From positions 25,117 to 89,116 of the forward strand of contig JANWZO010000009.1 in assembly GCA_025054615.1 (NCBI GenBank): a stretch of 64,000 nt of DNA. Reading direction: 5' to 3'. Of this stretch, positions 1 through 8,807 are shown piece by piece. Both the position numbers and the translations under genes were made by a program. The notes beneath the pieces were generated by a model. It was not told the DNA's origin, did not search any database, and saw only the letters and a program-made list of their open reading frames with translations. The first letter of the stretch is position 1. Each line of letters starts with the position of its first letter. Origin of the DNA: Kiritimatiellia bacterium (lineage in GTDB: Bacteria; Verrucomicrobiota; Kiritimatiellia; CAIVKH01).

Positions 1-547
1 CCCGTCCTCCATCAACACGCACAAGGTCTACAGCTTCATATTTGACGGCTTCTGGCGAGATATCGGAACCATCCACTCGTTCTGGGAAACGAACCTCTCT
101 CTGACCGATCCGGTTCCCGAATTCAATTTTTATGATCCCAAGGCGCCTATTTATACCGATATGCGGTATCTGCCGCCTTCGAAAATCAACTGTTGTGATC
201 TCAACCGATGCTTGCTATCGGAGGGTTGCATCATATCGGGGCACCGAATTCTCCACTCGATCATCGGAATCCGCCAGATCGTGGGGGAGGGCTCGGTCAT
301 CGAGCACTCGGTGATCATGGGAGCCGACTACTACGAGAAAGAACCTAAACCCGGAGAAGTCCCCCTCGGGATCGGACGCGATTGCTACATCAAAAATGCG
401 ATCGTTGACAAAAATGCGCGAATCGGCGATGGCGCCTACCTTTCGCCGGACGGGAAAAAAGACGCAACTCACCCCCTGTACGTGATTCGCGACGGCGTCC
501 TGGTCATACCCAAGAATGCGGTGATCCCGCCCGGCTTCCGAGTCTGA
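1..547 (+). CDS. glgC: Glucose-1-phosphate adenylyltransferase, C-terminal part (5' end outside the window; reading frame begins at nt 2)
   Basis: The frame is open from nt 2 and reads PSSINTHKVYSFIFDGFWRDIGTIHSFWETNLSLTD..NFYDPKAPIYT..LPPSK..ISGHRILHSIIGIRQIVGEGSVIEHSVIMGADYYE. This is the FxGYWxDxGT region and left-handed beta-helix tail typical of GlgC. Confidence 0.85.
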   Translation, partial: PSSINTHKVYSFIFDGFWRDIGTIHSFWETNLSLTDPVPEFNFYDPKAPIYTDMRYLPPSKINCCDLNRCLLSEGCIISGHRILHSIIGIRQIVGEGSVIEHSVIMGADYYEKEPKPGEVPLGIGRDCYIKNAIVDKNARIGDGAYLSPDGKKDATHPLYVIRDGVLVIPKNAVIPPGFRV

Positions 548-651
548 CGCGATCGGATCGATCGTCGCCGGCACCGGAGCTTACGCAACTCCGCTGCACC
601 ACGGAGCCAGACCGCTAAGCCGACACCGCTTGGCAGATTCCGTCGTTTATG

Positions 652-1113
652 TCAGAGACGAAACGATTTGGGTAACAGTTCCGCCAAGGTTCCCCACTCG
701 TAGCGGTGGAGGCTTCTGCGGGGGGCGAACAGCACCAACAGGGACGGTCCTCCAAATTCGGCGAGGACCTGCCGGCAAGCTCCACAGGGATAAGGCGGCC
801 GTTTTCCGCTGGACACAATCGCCACAGCTTTGAAGCGACGGTGCCCTCCCGCAATGGCGTGAAATACGGCATTCCGCTCGGCGCAGCTCGTCAGGCCGTA
901 GGACGCATTTTCGACATTGCAACCGGTTATGATCTCTCCGCTATGAGTCAGGAGGGCTGCGCCAACCTGAAATTTGGAGTAGGGCGCGTAGGCTCGTCGG
1001 GAAACTTCGGCAGCCGCATGGAGAAGTTTTTCGACCCATGAGGACGAGATGGGGGGGACCGGCACGGAGTGTGGCTGGTCAGTGAGGCCGGCCTTGCGGG
1101 TCGAGTCCTTCAC
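652..1113 (-). CDS. cdd: Cytidine deaminase (small homotetrameric type)
   Basis: Contains AYAPYSKFQVGAALL, the CAERNA and PCGACRQ zinc-ligand motifs. The ATG at 1113 overlaps the upstream gene by 35 nt. An in-frame GTG at 1065 would give a non-overlapping 138-aa protein. Confidence 0.85.
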   Translation of the reverse strand: MKDSTRKAGLTDQPHSVPVPPISSSWVEKLLHAAAEVSRRAYAPYSKFQVGAALLTHSGEIITGCNVENASYGLTSCAERNAVFHAIAGGHRRFKAVAIVSSGKRPPYPCGACRQVLAEFGGPSLLVLFAPRRSLHRYEWGTLAELLPKSFRL

Positions 1114-1987
1114 GAGCCACCTCGTTCCAAAAGTTGAGAACCACCTGTTTCATCCGTTTCATTGAATTCCGTGTCGCCTCCGTGACCTCTTCATGGCTGA
1201 GGCGCCCCGCCGTGATGCCCGCGGCGCTGTTGGTGATGCAAGACAAGCCGGCAACACGCAAACCGCATGCGCTGGCCAGCAGGGCTTCAGGGACGGTCGA
1301 CATTCCGACAGCATCCGCGCCGAGCGCACGGAAAGCTCGTATTTCCGCCGGCGTTTCATAGGAGGGTCCGGAGTTGGCAAGGTAGACTCCCGTTGCCAAC
1401 TCCTCACCAGCATCGCGACCGGCCAGCTTCAGGAGGCGCTGGAACCCAACGTCATAAACCTGAGTTTGGTCCGGGAATCGCGGACCCCAGAAGGAATCGT
1501 GCGGACCGGCCAACGGATTCGCACCAAGAAAATTGATGTGGTCTTCGATGATCATCAGCGTACCGGGCTTCAGGTCGGATCGGATTCCGCCTGCGGCATT
1601 GGTCAGGAGAACCCCTTTCGCCCTCATCGAGCGCAGTAGAAAAATCGGCAGCGCGATAGGGGTCCAGCCTACCCCTTCATAAAAGTGACGCCGCCCCTGA
1701 AAAATTAGTGTTTCCAGACCTGCGAGTTCCGCCAAGACAAGCTGGCCGGCATGTCCGGCCACACCGGTGCGGCCCAGGCCGGGTATTTCGTCATAGGGGA
1801 TGGCAGCAACCTTGTGAAAGGCTTCCGCCACATCGCTCCATCCCGAGCCCAGGATTAACCCCATTTCGGGTTGGGCGTCGGGCCATTCACGTCGGACATG
1901 TTCAAGCGCCCGATCGAGGGTTTTCCGGTCAATCATCGTCCAAGATCCATGTTCCGGGTCCGGTATAACAGTAGTCGGAGCCGACAA
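1079..1987 (-). CDS. Purine nucleoside phosphorylase (trimeric PunA/PNP family)
   Basis: Motifs LILGSGWSDV, GHAGQLVL, GRRHFYEG, NAAGG, GMSTVPE and SCITNSAAG. The start could also be the internal Met (MIDRKT) at 1936. Confidence 0.85.
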   Translation of the reverse strand: MSAPTTVIPDPEHGSWTMIDRKTLDRALEHVRREWPDAQPEMGLILGSGWSDVAEAFHKVAAIPYDEIPGLGRTGVAGHAGQLVLAELAGLETLIFQGRRHFYEGVGWTPIALPIFLLRSMRAKGVLLTNAAGGIRSDLKPGTLMIIEDHINFLGANPLAGPHDSFWGPRFPDQTQVYDVGFQRLLKLAGRDAGEELATGVYLANSGPSYETPAEIRAFRALGADAVGMSTVPEALLASACGLRVAGLSCITNSAAGITAGRLSHEEVTEATRNSMKRMKQVVLNFWNEVAREGLDPQGRPH

Positions 1988-2017
1988 AGCACCGGATGAT
2001 ATCTCCGATCACCGACT

Positions 2018-3343
2018 TTAGATTCGCTGCAGAATCAATTTCGGAGGTCGGGGCCGGGCTTTTTGTACCTTGAATGCAGACTTCAGCAATTCTTTCGCTT
2101 TTTCAAGCCGTTGTTCATCGTTTGCGTGGATGAGGAGGAGTGGCTCCCCTCGTCGAACAAACTCGCCGATTTTTCGGATGCCGGAGACGCCGACGGCATG
2201 GTCCACGGAGTCATCCGTTTTGGTTCGTCCCGCGCCCAGGACCACACACGCTTTGCCGATCGCCTCTGCATCGGCGATGGCGACATATCCCGTGGTTGGC
2301 GACGGATAGGGAACCATCCAGCGCGCTGCAGGCAAACGACCGGGATCGTCAATGACCCGCACATCCCCTCCCTGGCATTCCACCATGCGGCGAAAAAGAC
2401 TGAGCGCGGAGCCGTTCGCGATCGCGGCCTGAAGTTGTCTGCGAGCTTGGACGCGGGTGGGGGCCACCTTTCCGAGGAGGAGCATCTCCTCGGCGAGGGC
2501 AAGCGTGAGGTCGGTCAGGTCCTTGGGTCCCTCGCCGCGCAACGTTTCGATGGATTCCCGGACTTCGAGCGCATTCCCCGCTGTACGACCTAGTGGCTGA
2601 TTCATGTCGGTGATGAGGGCGCGCATGCCTTTACCCATCGCTTTTCCGACGCGCACCATGCTGCGGGCAAGTTCGCGGGCCTCGCCGACCGTACGCATAA
2701 ACGCGCCCTTTCCGACCTTTACGTCGAGGACCAACGCATCGATCCCCTCTGCAAGCTTCTTGCACATGATGCTGGCCGTTATCAGCGGAATCGATGGAAC
2801 GGTGCCCGTGACGTCGCGCAGCGCGTAAAGCTTCTTATCCGCCGGGGCCAATTCACGAGTCTGCCCGATGATGGAGCAGCCGACCTCTTTCACGACCTCG
2901 AGGAATTCAGTTTCGGACAGGTTAGTCCGATAGCCGGGGATGGATTCGAGTTTGTCAAGCGTTCCGCCAGTTATTCCGAGGCCCCGGCCCGAAATCATAG
3001 GAACGGCAACACCGCAGGCCGCCACAAGGGGAGCCAGCACGAGAGAGACCTTGTCGCCAATGCCGCCGGTCGAATGTTTGTCGACCTTCGGCCTAGTGAT
3101 GGCGGATGTATCGACGACCTTGCCGGAATGCATCATCGCATCCGTGAGAATCGCGGTCTCTCTCGGCGTCATGCCGCGGAAGTAGATCGCCATAGCCAGG
3201 GCGGCCATCTGGTAATCGGGCAGATCGCCCCTCGAATACCCGTCGACAAAGAAACGTATCTCATCCTCCGTCAATTCGAGGCCATCCCGTTTTTTTTCAA
3301 TAATCCATTGGGGAACCAAGGGTGTGGATCGAGCCGACTTCAT
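2018..3343 (-). CDS. deoA: Thymidine / pyrimidine-nucleoside phosphorylase
   Basis: N-terminal IIEKKRDGLELTEDEIRFFV, then DYQMAALAMAI, the HSTGGIGDKVSL motif and GRGLGITGGTLDKLESIPG. Length is 441 aa. Confidence 0.9.
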   Translation of the reverse strand: MKSARSTPLVPQWIIEKKRDGLELTEDEIRFFVDGYSRGDLPDYQMAALAMAIYFRGMTPRETAILTDAMMHSGKVVDTSAITRPKVDKHSTGGIGDKVSLVLAPLVAACGVAVPMISGRGLGITGGTLDKLESIPGYRTNLSETEFLEVVKEVGCSIIGQTRELAPADKKLYALRDVTGTVPSIPLITASIMCKKLAEGIDALVLDVKVGKGAFMRTVGEARELARSMVRVGKAMGKGMRALITDMNQPLGRTAGNALEVRESIETLRGEGPKDLTDLTLALAEEMLLLGKVAPTRVQARRQLQAAIANGSALSLFRRMVECQGGDVRVIDDPGRLPAARWMVPYPSPTTGYVAIADAEAIGKACVVLGAGRTKTDDSVDHAVGVSGIRKIGEFVRRGEPLLLIHANDEQRLEKAKELLKSAFKVQKARPRPPKLILQRI

Positions 3344-3413
3344 GGATGGTCATCCGTATTTTCGAACTGATATTTTTTGAAAGATAGCCATGTCCTCGGC
3401 CAAGACGGGCAAC

Positions 3414-4592
3414 TTAACTCCAAAACGAGACGCCGCGCGACATGGGCTGCAAACCGAAGGCCGAGGCAATGCTTTGCGCAACATCATAGTAGCCGATCCT
3501 CAGTCCGAGCGAACGCGCGGGGCGGCCCGGCGAATAGACCAGTAGGGGTACGATTTCGCGCGTGTGGTCCGTGCCCTTGAATGTCGGATCATTCCCATGG
3601 TCGGCCGTGATGATCAGTGTGTCATCCGGCCCAAGTTTCGGAATAAATGTCGCCAGCCATTCGTCCGTCTGGCGCAGGCACTCGGCATAGCCGTGCGGAT
3701 CTCGGCGATGGCCAAATATCATGTCAAAATCTATAAAATTTGCGAAAAGGAATCCGTGGTTCATTTCGCGTTCAAATCGTTCCACCGCCCGCTGTGACGC
3801 GCGGTTGTTCCCGGTATGGTCGGACGTTGAGATGCCGCGATGGGCGAAAATATCCTCGATTTTCCCAACAGCATAAACGGGGATTCCGGACTCCTGCAGG
3901 CGTTCGAGGATGGTCTTTTCGCTCGGCTTGTAGGCATAGTCGCGCCGGTCCTCCGTGCGATAAAAAGAACCATTTTTTCGGCGGAACGGCCGCGCGATAA
4001 CCCTCCCCACCCGATATGGATCGCACAGTCGACGCGCAATTTCGCAAGCGCGGTACAGCTCCCCAAGCGGGATGACGTCGATGTTCGCCGCGATCTGGAA
4101 GACGGAATCGGCGCTGGTATAGACGATCCAGCAGGCCTCGCGCGTCGCCTGTTCTCCCAGTTCATCGATGATTCCGGTTCCCCCCGCGGATTTGTTGCCC
4201 AGCACCTTGCGGCCCGTTTCACGTTCAAAAGGTTCGATAATATCGGACGGAAATGACGGTGGGCCGGGCGGAAAGAGGGTGAACCCGGGACGCAACAACA
4301 ACCCGGCGATTTCCCAGTGGCCGGTGATTGTGTCTTTACCCTGCGACATTTCCTGCATCGCGCCAAAAGATGCGAGCGGCTGTTTTGAGGGTCTGAGCCC
4401 CGGTATATCCACGGGGCGCGGTGTCAGGGCTGGAATGTTGCCCAGACCCAGCCTCTCAAAGGTTGGCAACGAAAGCCCGCCGATCGCTTCGGCGATGTGT
4501 GGGAGTGTCGCCGCTCCTTCGTCTCCGTAGTCAGCCGCATCCGGTGCGTGTCCTATCCCGACGGAATCGAGAACGATCAGAAAAATTCGCAT
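3414..4592 (-). CDS. deoB: Phosphopentomutase
   Basis: MRIFLIVLDSVGIGHAPDAADYGDEGA at the N-terminus and ITADHGNDPT..TDHTRE at the C-terminus. Length is 392 aa, typical for DeoB. Confidence 0.9.
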   Translation of the reverse strand: MRIFLIVLDSVGIGHAPDAADYGDEGAATLPHIAEAIGGLSLPTFERLGLGNIPALTPRPVDIPGLRPSKQPLASFGAMQEMSQGKDTITGHWEIAGLLLRPGFTLFPPGPPSFPSDIIEPFERETGRKVLGNKSAGGTGIIDELGEQATREACWIVYTSADSVFQIAANIDVIPLGELYRACEIARRLCDPYRVGRVIARPFRRKNGSFYRTEDRRDYAYKPSEKTILERLQESGIPVYAVGKIEDIFAHRGISTSDHTGNNRASQRAVERFEREMNHGFLFANFIDFDMIFGHRRDPHGYAECLRQTDEWLATFIPKLGPDDTLIITADHGNDPTFKGTDHTREIVPLLVYSPGRPARSLGLRIGYYDVAQSIASAFGLQPMSRGVSFWS

Positions 4593-5068
4593 AACTCAAC
4601 CGAGGTCGTATGTCGATGATCCCGACAATACCGATCGAACCGGCGCGTCGAATTAGACATAAGTCTGCCGCAGTCCATTTTCCCCGTCGAGTCCCAAAAC
4701 GCACTTGGTCTACCCCGCATCAAGAGCATCGACCGCAGGAAAGTAGTCTCCGAGACCCTGGACTGCCGGATCATTTTTTCAGTGATCGGTTCCTTCTTCC
4801 GATACGATGGGTAAGGAACCTATGAATAATCCCGATCCCACCCGCTGATCCGGTGCCAGTTTTCAGGGGGACATTGGTTAGCCGGTTCATGTCCGTCGTA
4901 GGTGCGATTTCAGTGTAAAGCTTGGGTAGGTGGGGTATGACAGCTAAAAGGCCCTGAACGCAGTGCTCATAAACGAAATTATCTGCGGCTGCAGGCTGTC
5001 ACAAACGCTTGGCGCCCTGAGCGCGCCATGAGAGGACCTCATCTAAGGGCGGAATTTTACCACGCACC

Positions 5069-6343
5069 TCAGTATCCCTCTCCGCCATGCGTCTGGGAGA
5101 TCCCCGTTCGCGCCTCTTCCATGATCTTCACGCTGTTCGAGCATCCGATGCGCGTAGCTCCGGCGTTGACCATTTTTACAACGTCAGCATAGGTCCGGAT
5201 CCCGCCGGAGGCCTTCACGCCCATTCTCCACGGCGCCACCAGGCGAGCCAGAAGGGCGACATCCTCCGGTGTGGCTCCGCCGCTGGAAAAACCGGTAGAC
5301 GTCTTCACGAAGTCGGCGCCGGCTTTCATGCTCAATCGGCAGGCCCGCTCCTTTTCCTCGTCCGTGAGCAGGGCGGTTTCGAGAATGACTTTGCAGAGAG
5401 CGCGCGCATTCCGGCAACTTTCGACAACACCGCGGATGTCGCGAACCACAAATTCATCATCCCGGGCTTTCAGGGCGCCAATGTTGATCACCATGTCAAT
5501 TTCCGAGGCGCCGTCCTCAATGGCCTTTTGCGCCTCCAATGCTTTGATCTGAGGCTCCGTGGCGCCCAGCGGAAAGCCAACGACAGAGCAAATCTTCACC
5601 CCGCTGTTCCTCAACAGGGCGCTGGCGTGTTTCACATAGGCTGAATTCACGCAGACGGAATGAAAACCGTATTTTCGCGCCTCGTCGCACAGGCGCTCGA
5701 TGTCTGCAGGGGTGGCCTCGGGCCTGAGGAGGGTGTGGTCGATGAGTTTGGCTATTTTTTCCGGAGGCAGCGGGTGCGAGATCTCAGGGGGCCGTGAGGC
5801 GGAATTCACATGCGGTTTGTCCTGATTGGCAATGCGCTGGATATTGTCGCCGGATAGCATCGCGCCGCCCGATGGCTTCATGTATGCGCGCTCGATATCG
5901 CGGAATAGCTGAACGCGCTCACGATGAAGATCTCCTGAGCCTTCGGTTGTTAGGAATATGTTCACAATTTGTTTGGCCGTTGCGAGGTCCATCATTCTTG
6001 CCCCAATCGCGAGAACATTGGCGCCGTTGTGTTCGCGCGCGTTCCGGGCAAGTTGCTCGTTGTAGCATGCGGCGGCGAGCACGCCCGGAACCTTGTTGGC
6101 CGCCATTGCGGAGCCAATCCCCTCACCGTCGATGACGATCCCGAATTCGGCCGCGCGAGCGGCCACCCGTTCGGCCACCGCGCGCGCGAATACGGCGCAG
6201 TCGACGGAATCCTTGCCGGTGGTGCCGAGATCCTCGACGCGGTGGCCGAGTGTATTAAGAAACAGGATCAGTTGTTGTTTGAGTTCGTAACCGCCGTGAT
6301 CCGATGCGATGGCGATGGTGAATGAATGAGCGTTGTCGGACAC
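5069..6343 (-). CDS. Fusion protein: N-terminal RpiB/LacA/LacB-family sugar-phosphate isomerase domain plus C-terminal deoxyribose-phosphate aldolase (DeoC)
   Basis: Residues ~8-150 read [51 protein letters not shown] (RpiB fold). Residues ~195-415 read [50 protein letters not shown] (DeoC with the Schiff-base Lys context). Confidence 0.8.
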   Translation of the reverse strand: MSDNAHSFTIAIASDHGGYELKQQLILFLNTLGHRVEDLGTTGKDSVDCAVFARAVAERVAARAAEFGIVIDGEGIGSAMAANKVPGVLAAACYNEQLARNAREHNGANVLAIGARMMDLATAKQIVNIFLTTEGSGDLHRERVQLFRDIERAYMKPSGGAMLSGDNIQRIANQDKPHVNSASRPPEISHPLPPEKIAKLIDHTLLRPEATPADIERLCDEARKYGFHSVCVNSAYVKHASALLRNSGVKICSVVGFPLGATEPQIKALEAQKAIEDGASEIDMVINIGALKARDDEFVVRDIRGVVESCRNARALCKVILETALLTDEEKERACRLSMKAGADFVKTSTGFSSGGATPEDVALLARLVAPWRMGVKASGGIRTYADVVKMVNAGATRIGCSNSVKIMEEARTGISQTHGGEGY

Positions 6344-6385
6344 GGACTTAGAGAGTGGAATGCTCCGATGCCGGATGCAACAGAA

Positions 6386-8110
6386 TTATCCTTCCACGGG
6401 TTCGACGTTCTCCTCCGGTTCCTCGGCCTGTCTCCTTTGGTTGTCTTGAAAGTTGGCCGCGCGAAGAAGCTGCTGCTGCCATCCGTCGAACTGTTGACGA
6501 CCCAGTTGTCGGCGAATGTTGTCGGCCAACTGCTGGCGCATGGCCTCGTAACTGACATTCTCTGCGGGTTTGCGCATGGCAAGATGAACGAGGACAATGT
6601 CATCGTCCACCCAGAGGGGTTCGGAAATCTCGCCTTGGTTCAAGAACATCACGGTTGATTCAACAAGGTCCTCGAGGTCCTCATCGCCAAGATCCAAATC
6701 CGTCGTGGCGGAGAAGACGCCCGTGGTTTTCACGGAGAGATTGTAAAAAGCGAGCGTATCGCGGAACGAAATCTTTTCGGCGAGGGCCTTTTCCGTTTCC
6801 TCTCGTATAGATTTAGCCCGGTCCATCAATGCGTCGCGGATGGCTTTCGCGCGGGCTGCGCGGAGCGCCTCGTCCCGTATCTCTTCAAACGAAGGAATGC
6901 GGGAGGGGATCCGCTCGCGCAGGGCGATAATATAGACCTCGTTGCTGCCGCGAATGGGATTGCTGAAGTAGGTCTCCGGGCCTTCGGCTAGTTCGAATGC
7001 GGCCGATCGGAAGGCACGCGGGTTTTGGATCCCTTCGAGGGAGCTGTTGAGGGCAAATGGCGGCAGAGAAAGAACCGTTCGTTCAAACCGGGCCGCCACC
7101 TCTTCGAAAGAAAAGGCCCGGCCATCGCGGTCCGGCGTAAGGGCCAGAACAAAATTCATCGCGGTCTCGTACGCCTCGTCCATGGCCTTCCGTTCGAGGA
7201 GGAGGTTGGAAATCTCCTGCTTGACTTCTTCGAGGGGCCGATAGCGTGTCAAACGCCCAAATAGGTTTGTATCCTCGCCAGGAGCATCGGTATCGCTCTC
7301 TATCACGTAGTTTGTCAGATGCTCGTCGTAGTAGGCCTGGATTTCATCGTCGGTGACACGGACGCGCGGAATGAACGGCAAGGCGGAGATGCGGACATAG
7401 TCGACCCTCACCTGCTCGGGCCGCCTGAAACGCTCGGGTTCCTCGTTATAAAATTTCCGCGCGTCTTCGTCCGAGACCCGGACCTCCGACTCGACCAACG
7501 AAGGCTTAAGGACCACGAACTCCGCGTCGAACTGGTCCGTCACCGAATGGAAGGCCCGTCGCAATTCATACGGCGTTATAAGAATCAGCCGATCCAAAAT
7601 GTGGCGGGTCTTCTGGAGGATGATTTCCTGGCGGATATATTCTTCGAACTGGCGCTCGCCGGCTCCAAAGCGCCCTAAAAAATTTTGGGCGAACGCCTTG
7701 TAGGCCATCACATTGAATTTGCCCTCGAACTGAAACGGCTCCAGTTGCTGAATCGTGTTGGCCACCTCATCGTCGGTGGCTGTGATCCCCAATCGAGAGG
7801 CCGACCGGATAGCTGCCAACCGTTGCCAGGCGGCCTGCCGGAGTTGCTCGTTGATGCTGGGTGTGATCTCGATTGCTCGCCCAAGGGCAAGGACCACCGA
7901 CAGGTAGGTGTTGAAAAAGGCCTGTTGGAACACGTCGGGATCCACCGGCTCGCCGTCCAGCGTGCCGGGTGCGGTTGCTTCGCGCAGGTCAGACGCGTCC
8001 GGCGTTACAGTGCCCCAGATGACGAACGAAAAAATGACGATGACCAAGAAGCTCAACCACAACAGCTTCGACTGGATCATTCGATGGAATTTTGAAATCA
8101 GCATCGCCAT
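6386..8110 (-). CDS. PpiD/SurA-like periplasmic folding chaperone with an N-terminal membrane anchor (parvulin signature not obvious)
   Basis: The N-terminus MAMLISKFHRMIQSKLLWLSFLVIVIFSFVIWG is PpiD-like, followed by a long acidic helical body. It ends in a GEISEPLWVDDDIVLVHL-type parvulin-remnant strand. Confidence 0.55.
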   Translation of the reverse strand: MAMLISKFHRMIQSKLLWLSFLVIVIFSFVIWGTVTPDASDLREATAPGTLDGEPVDPDVFQQAFFNTYLSVVLALGRAIEITPSINEQLRQAAWQRLAAIRSASRLGITATDDEVANTIQQLEPFQFEGKFNVMAYKAFAQNFLGRFGAGERQFEEYIRQEIILQKTRHILDRLILITPYELRRAFHSVTDQFDAEFVVLKPSLVESEVRVSDEDARKFYNEEPERFRRPEQVRVDYVRISALPFIPRVRVTDDEIQAYYDEHLTNYVIESDTDAPGEDTNLFGRLTRYRPLEEVKQEISNLLLERKAMDEAYETAMNFVLALTPDRDGRAFSFEEVAARFERTVLSLPPFALNSSLEGIQNPRAFRSAAFELAEGPETYFSNPIRGSNEVYIIALRERIPSRIPSFEEIRDEALRAARAKAIRDALMDRAKSIREETEKALAEKISFRDTLAFYNLSVKTTGVFSATTDLDLGDEDLEDLVESTVMFLNQGEISEPLWVDDDIVLVHLAMRKPAENVSYEAMRQQLADNIRRQLGRQQFDGWQQQLLRAANFQDNQRRQAEEPEENVEPVEG

Positions 8111-8274
8111 AATTTAAAAACCCTCGTTGGAAAGAATTCGGTACCCTACCGAGCGCACTGCACTGCGGTCAAGGTCGCTCCGCTCGCGGCGGGCCTCCCT
8201 GGAGAGAGGTGACCGGTGGTCAATTCGATACAATCCGATGGATTTGTACGGGCCAACGATTAACATCGACTCAG

Positions 8275-8748
8275 ATGGCCACGATATGGGTGATTGACGA
8301 CGATCCCGCCATTGCGGACCTGCTGGCCTCGACCCTTCAGGAGATTGGCCACGACAGCCGTGTCTTCACGAACGCTCGGGACGCGCTGGCGGCCTATAAA
8401 CCCGGCGCGGCGGACGTCGTCATGACGGATATCCGAATGCCGGGTATGGACGGGCTGGAGCTGACCCGCCTCCTGCTCGCGAAAGATCCCAAGGCGACCA
8501 TTGTCATCCTTACCGGATATCCCTCGGTCGAGGATGCGGTGGAAGCGATCAAACTCGGTGCGATGGACTACATGACCAAGCCCTTTAGGATTGAAGAGAT
8601 TCGCCTGCGCCTGTTGCGGGTCCTCGAATCGCGCGATTTGTCGGAGCGATTTCGCAGAAATCGGGCGTTGACCTGGCTGCTCATCGGGTCGCTCCCTGTC
8701 TGGTTCATCCTCGGCATACTCCTCGCCCTCGTCATCGCGAAATTCTGA
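8275..8748 (+). CDS. Stand-alone CheY-like receiver domain protein with a C-terminal transmembrane tail
   Basis: MATIWVIDDDP..VVMTDIRMPGMDG..ILTGY..YMTKPF carries all canonical receiver residues. The C-terminus LTWLLIGSLPVWFILGILLALVIAKF is hydrophobic. The ORF is open from 8209, but the ATG at 8275 fits the receiver N-terminus. Confidence 0.8.
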   Translation: MATIWVIDDDPAIADLLASTLQEIGHDSRVFTNARDALAAYKPGAADVVMTDIRMPGMDGLELTRLLLAKDPKATIVILTGYPSVEDAVEAIKLGAMDYMTKPFRIEEIRLRLLRVLESRDLSERFRRNRALTWLLIGSLPVWFILGILLALVIAKF

Positions 8749-8807
8749 ACTGCGGGCGAATTTCTGCGGATTGCACGAATCAGCCGCTGAGGAAAGACTG
8801 GCTCGAA

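Noticed and set aside
4593-5068. Checked the long spacer by eye on both strands for RNase P (GAGGAAAGUCCGG), tmRNA (tag ORF plus TCCACCA end), SRP RNA and purine-riboswitch core motifs
   Set aside because: None of these conserved cores is present. The near-match AGGAAAGTAGTCTCC is not the RNase P CR-I sequence. The spacer is kept only as an unexplained region.
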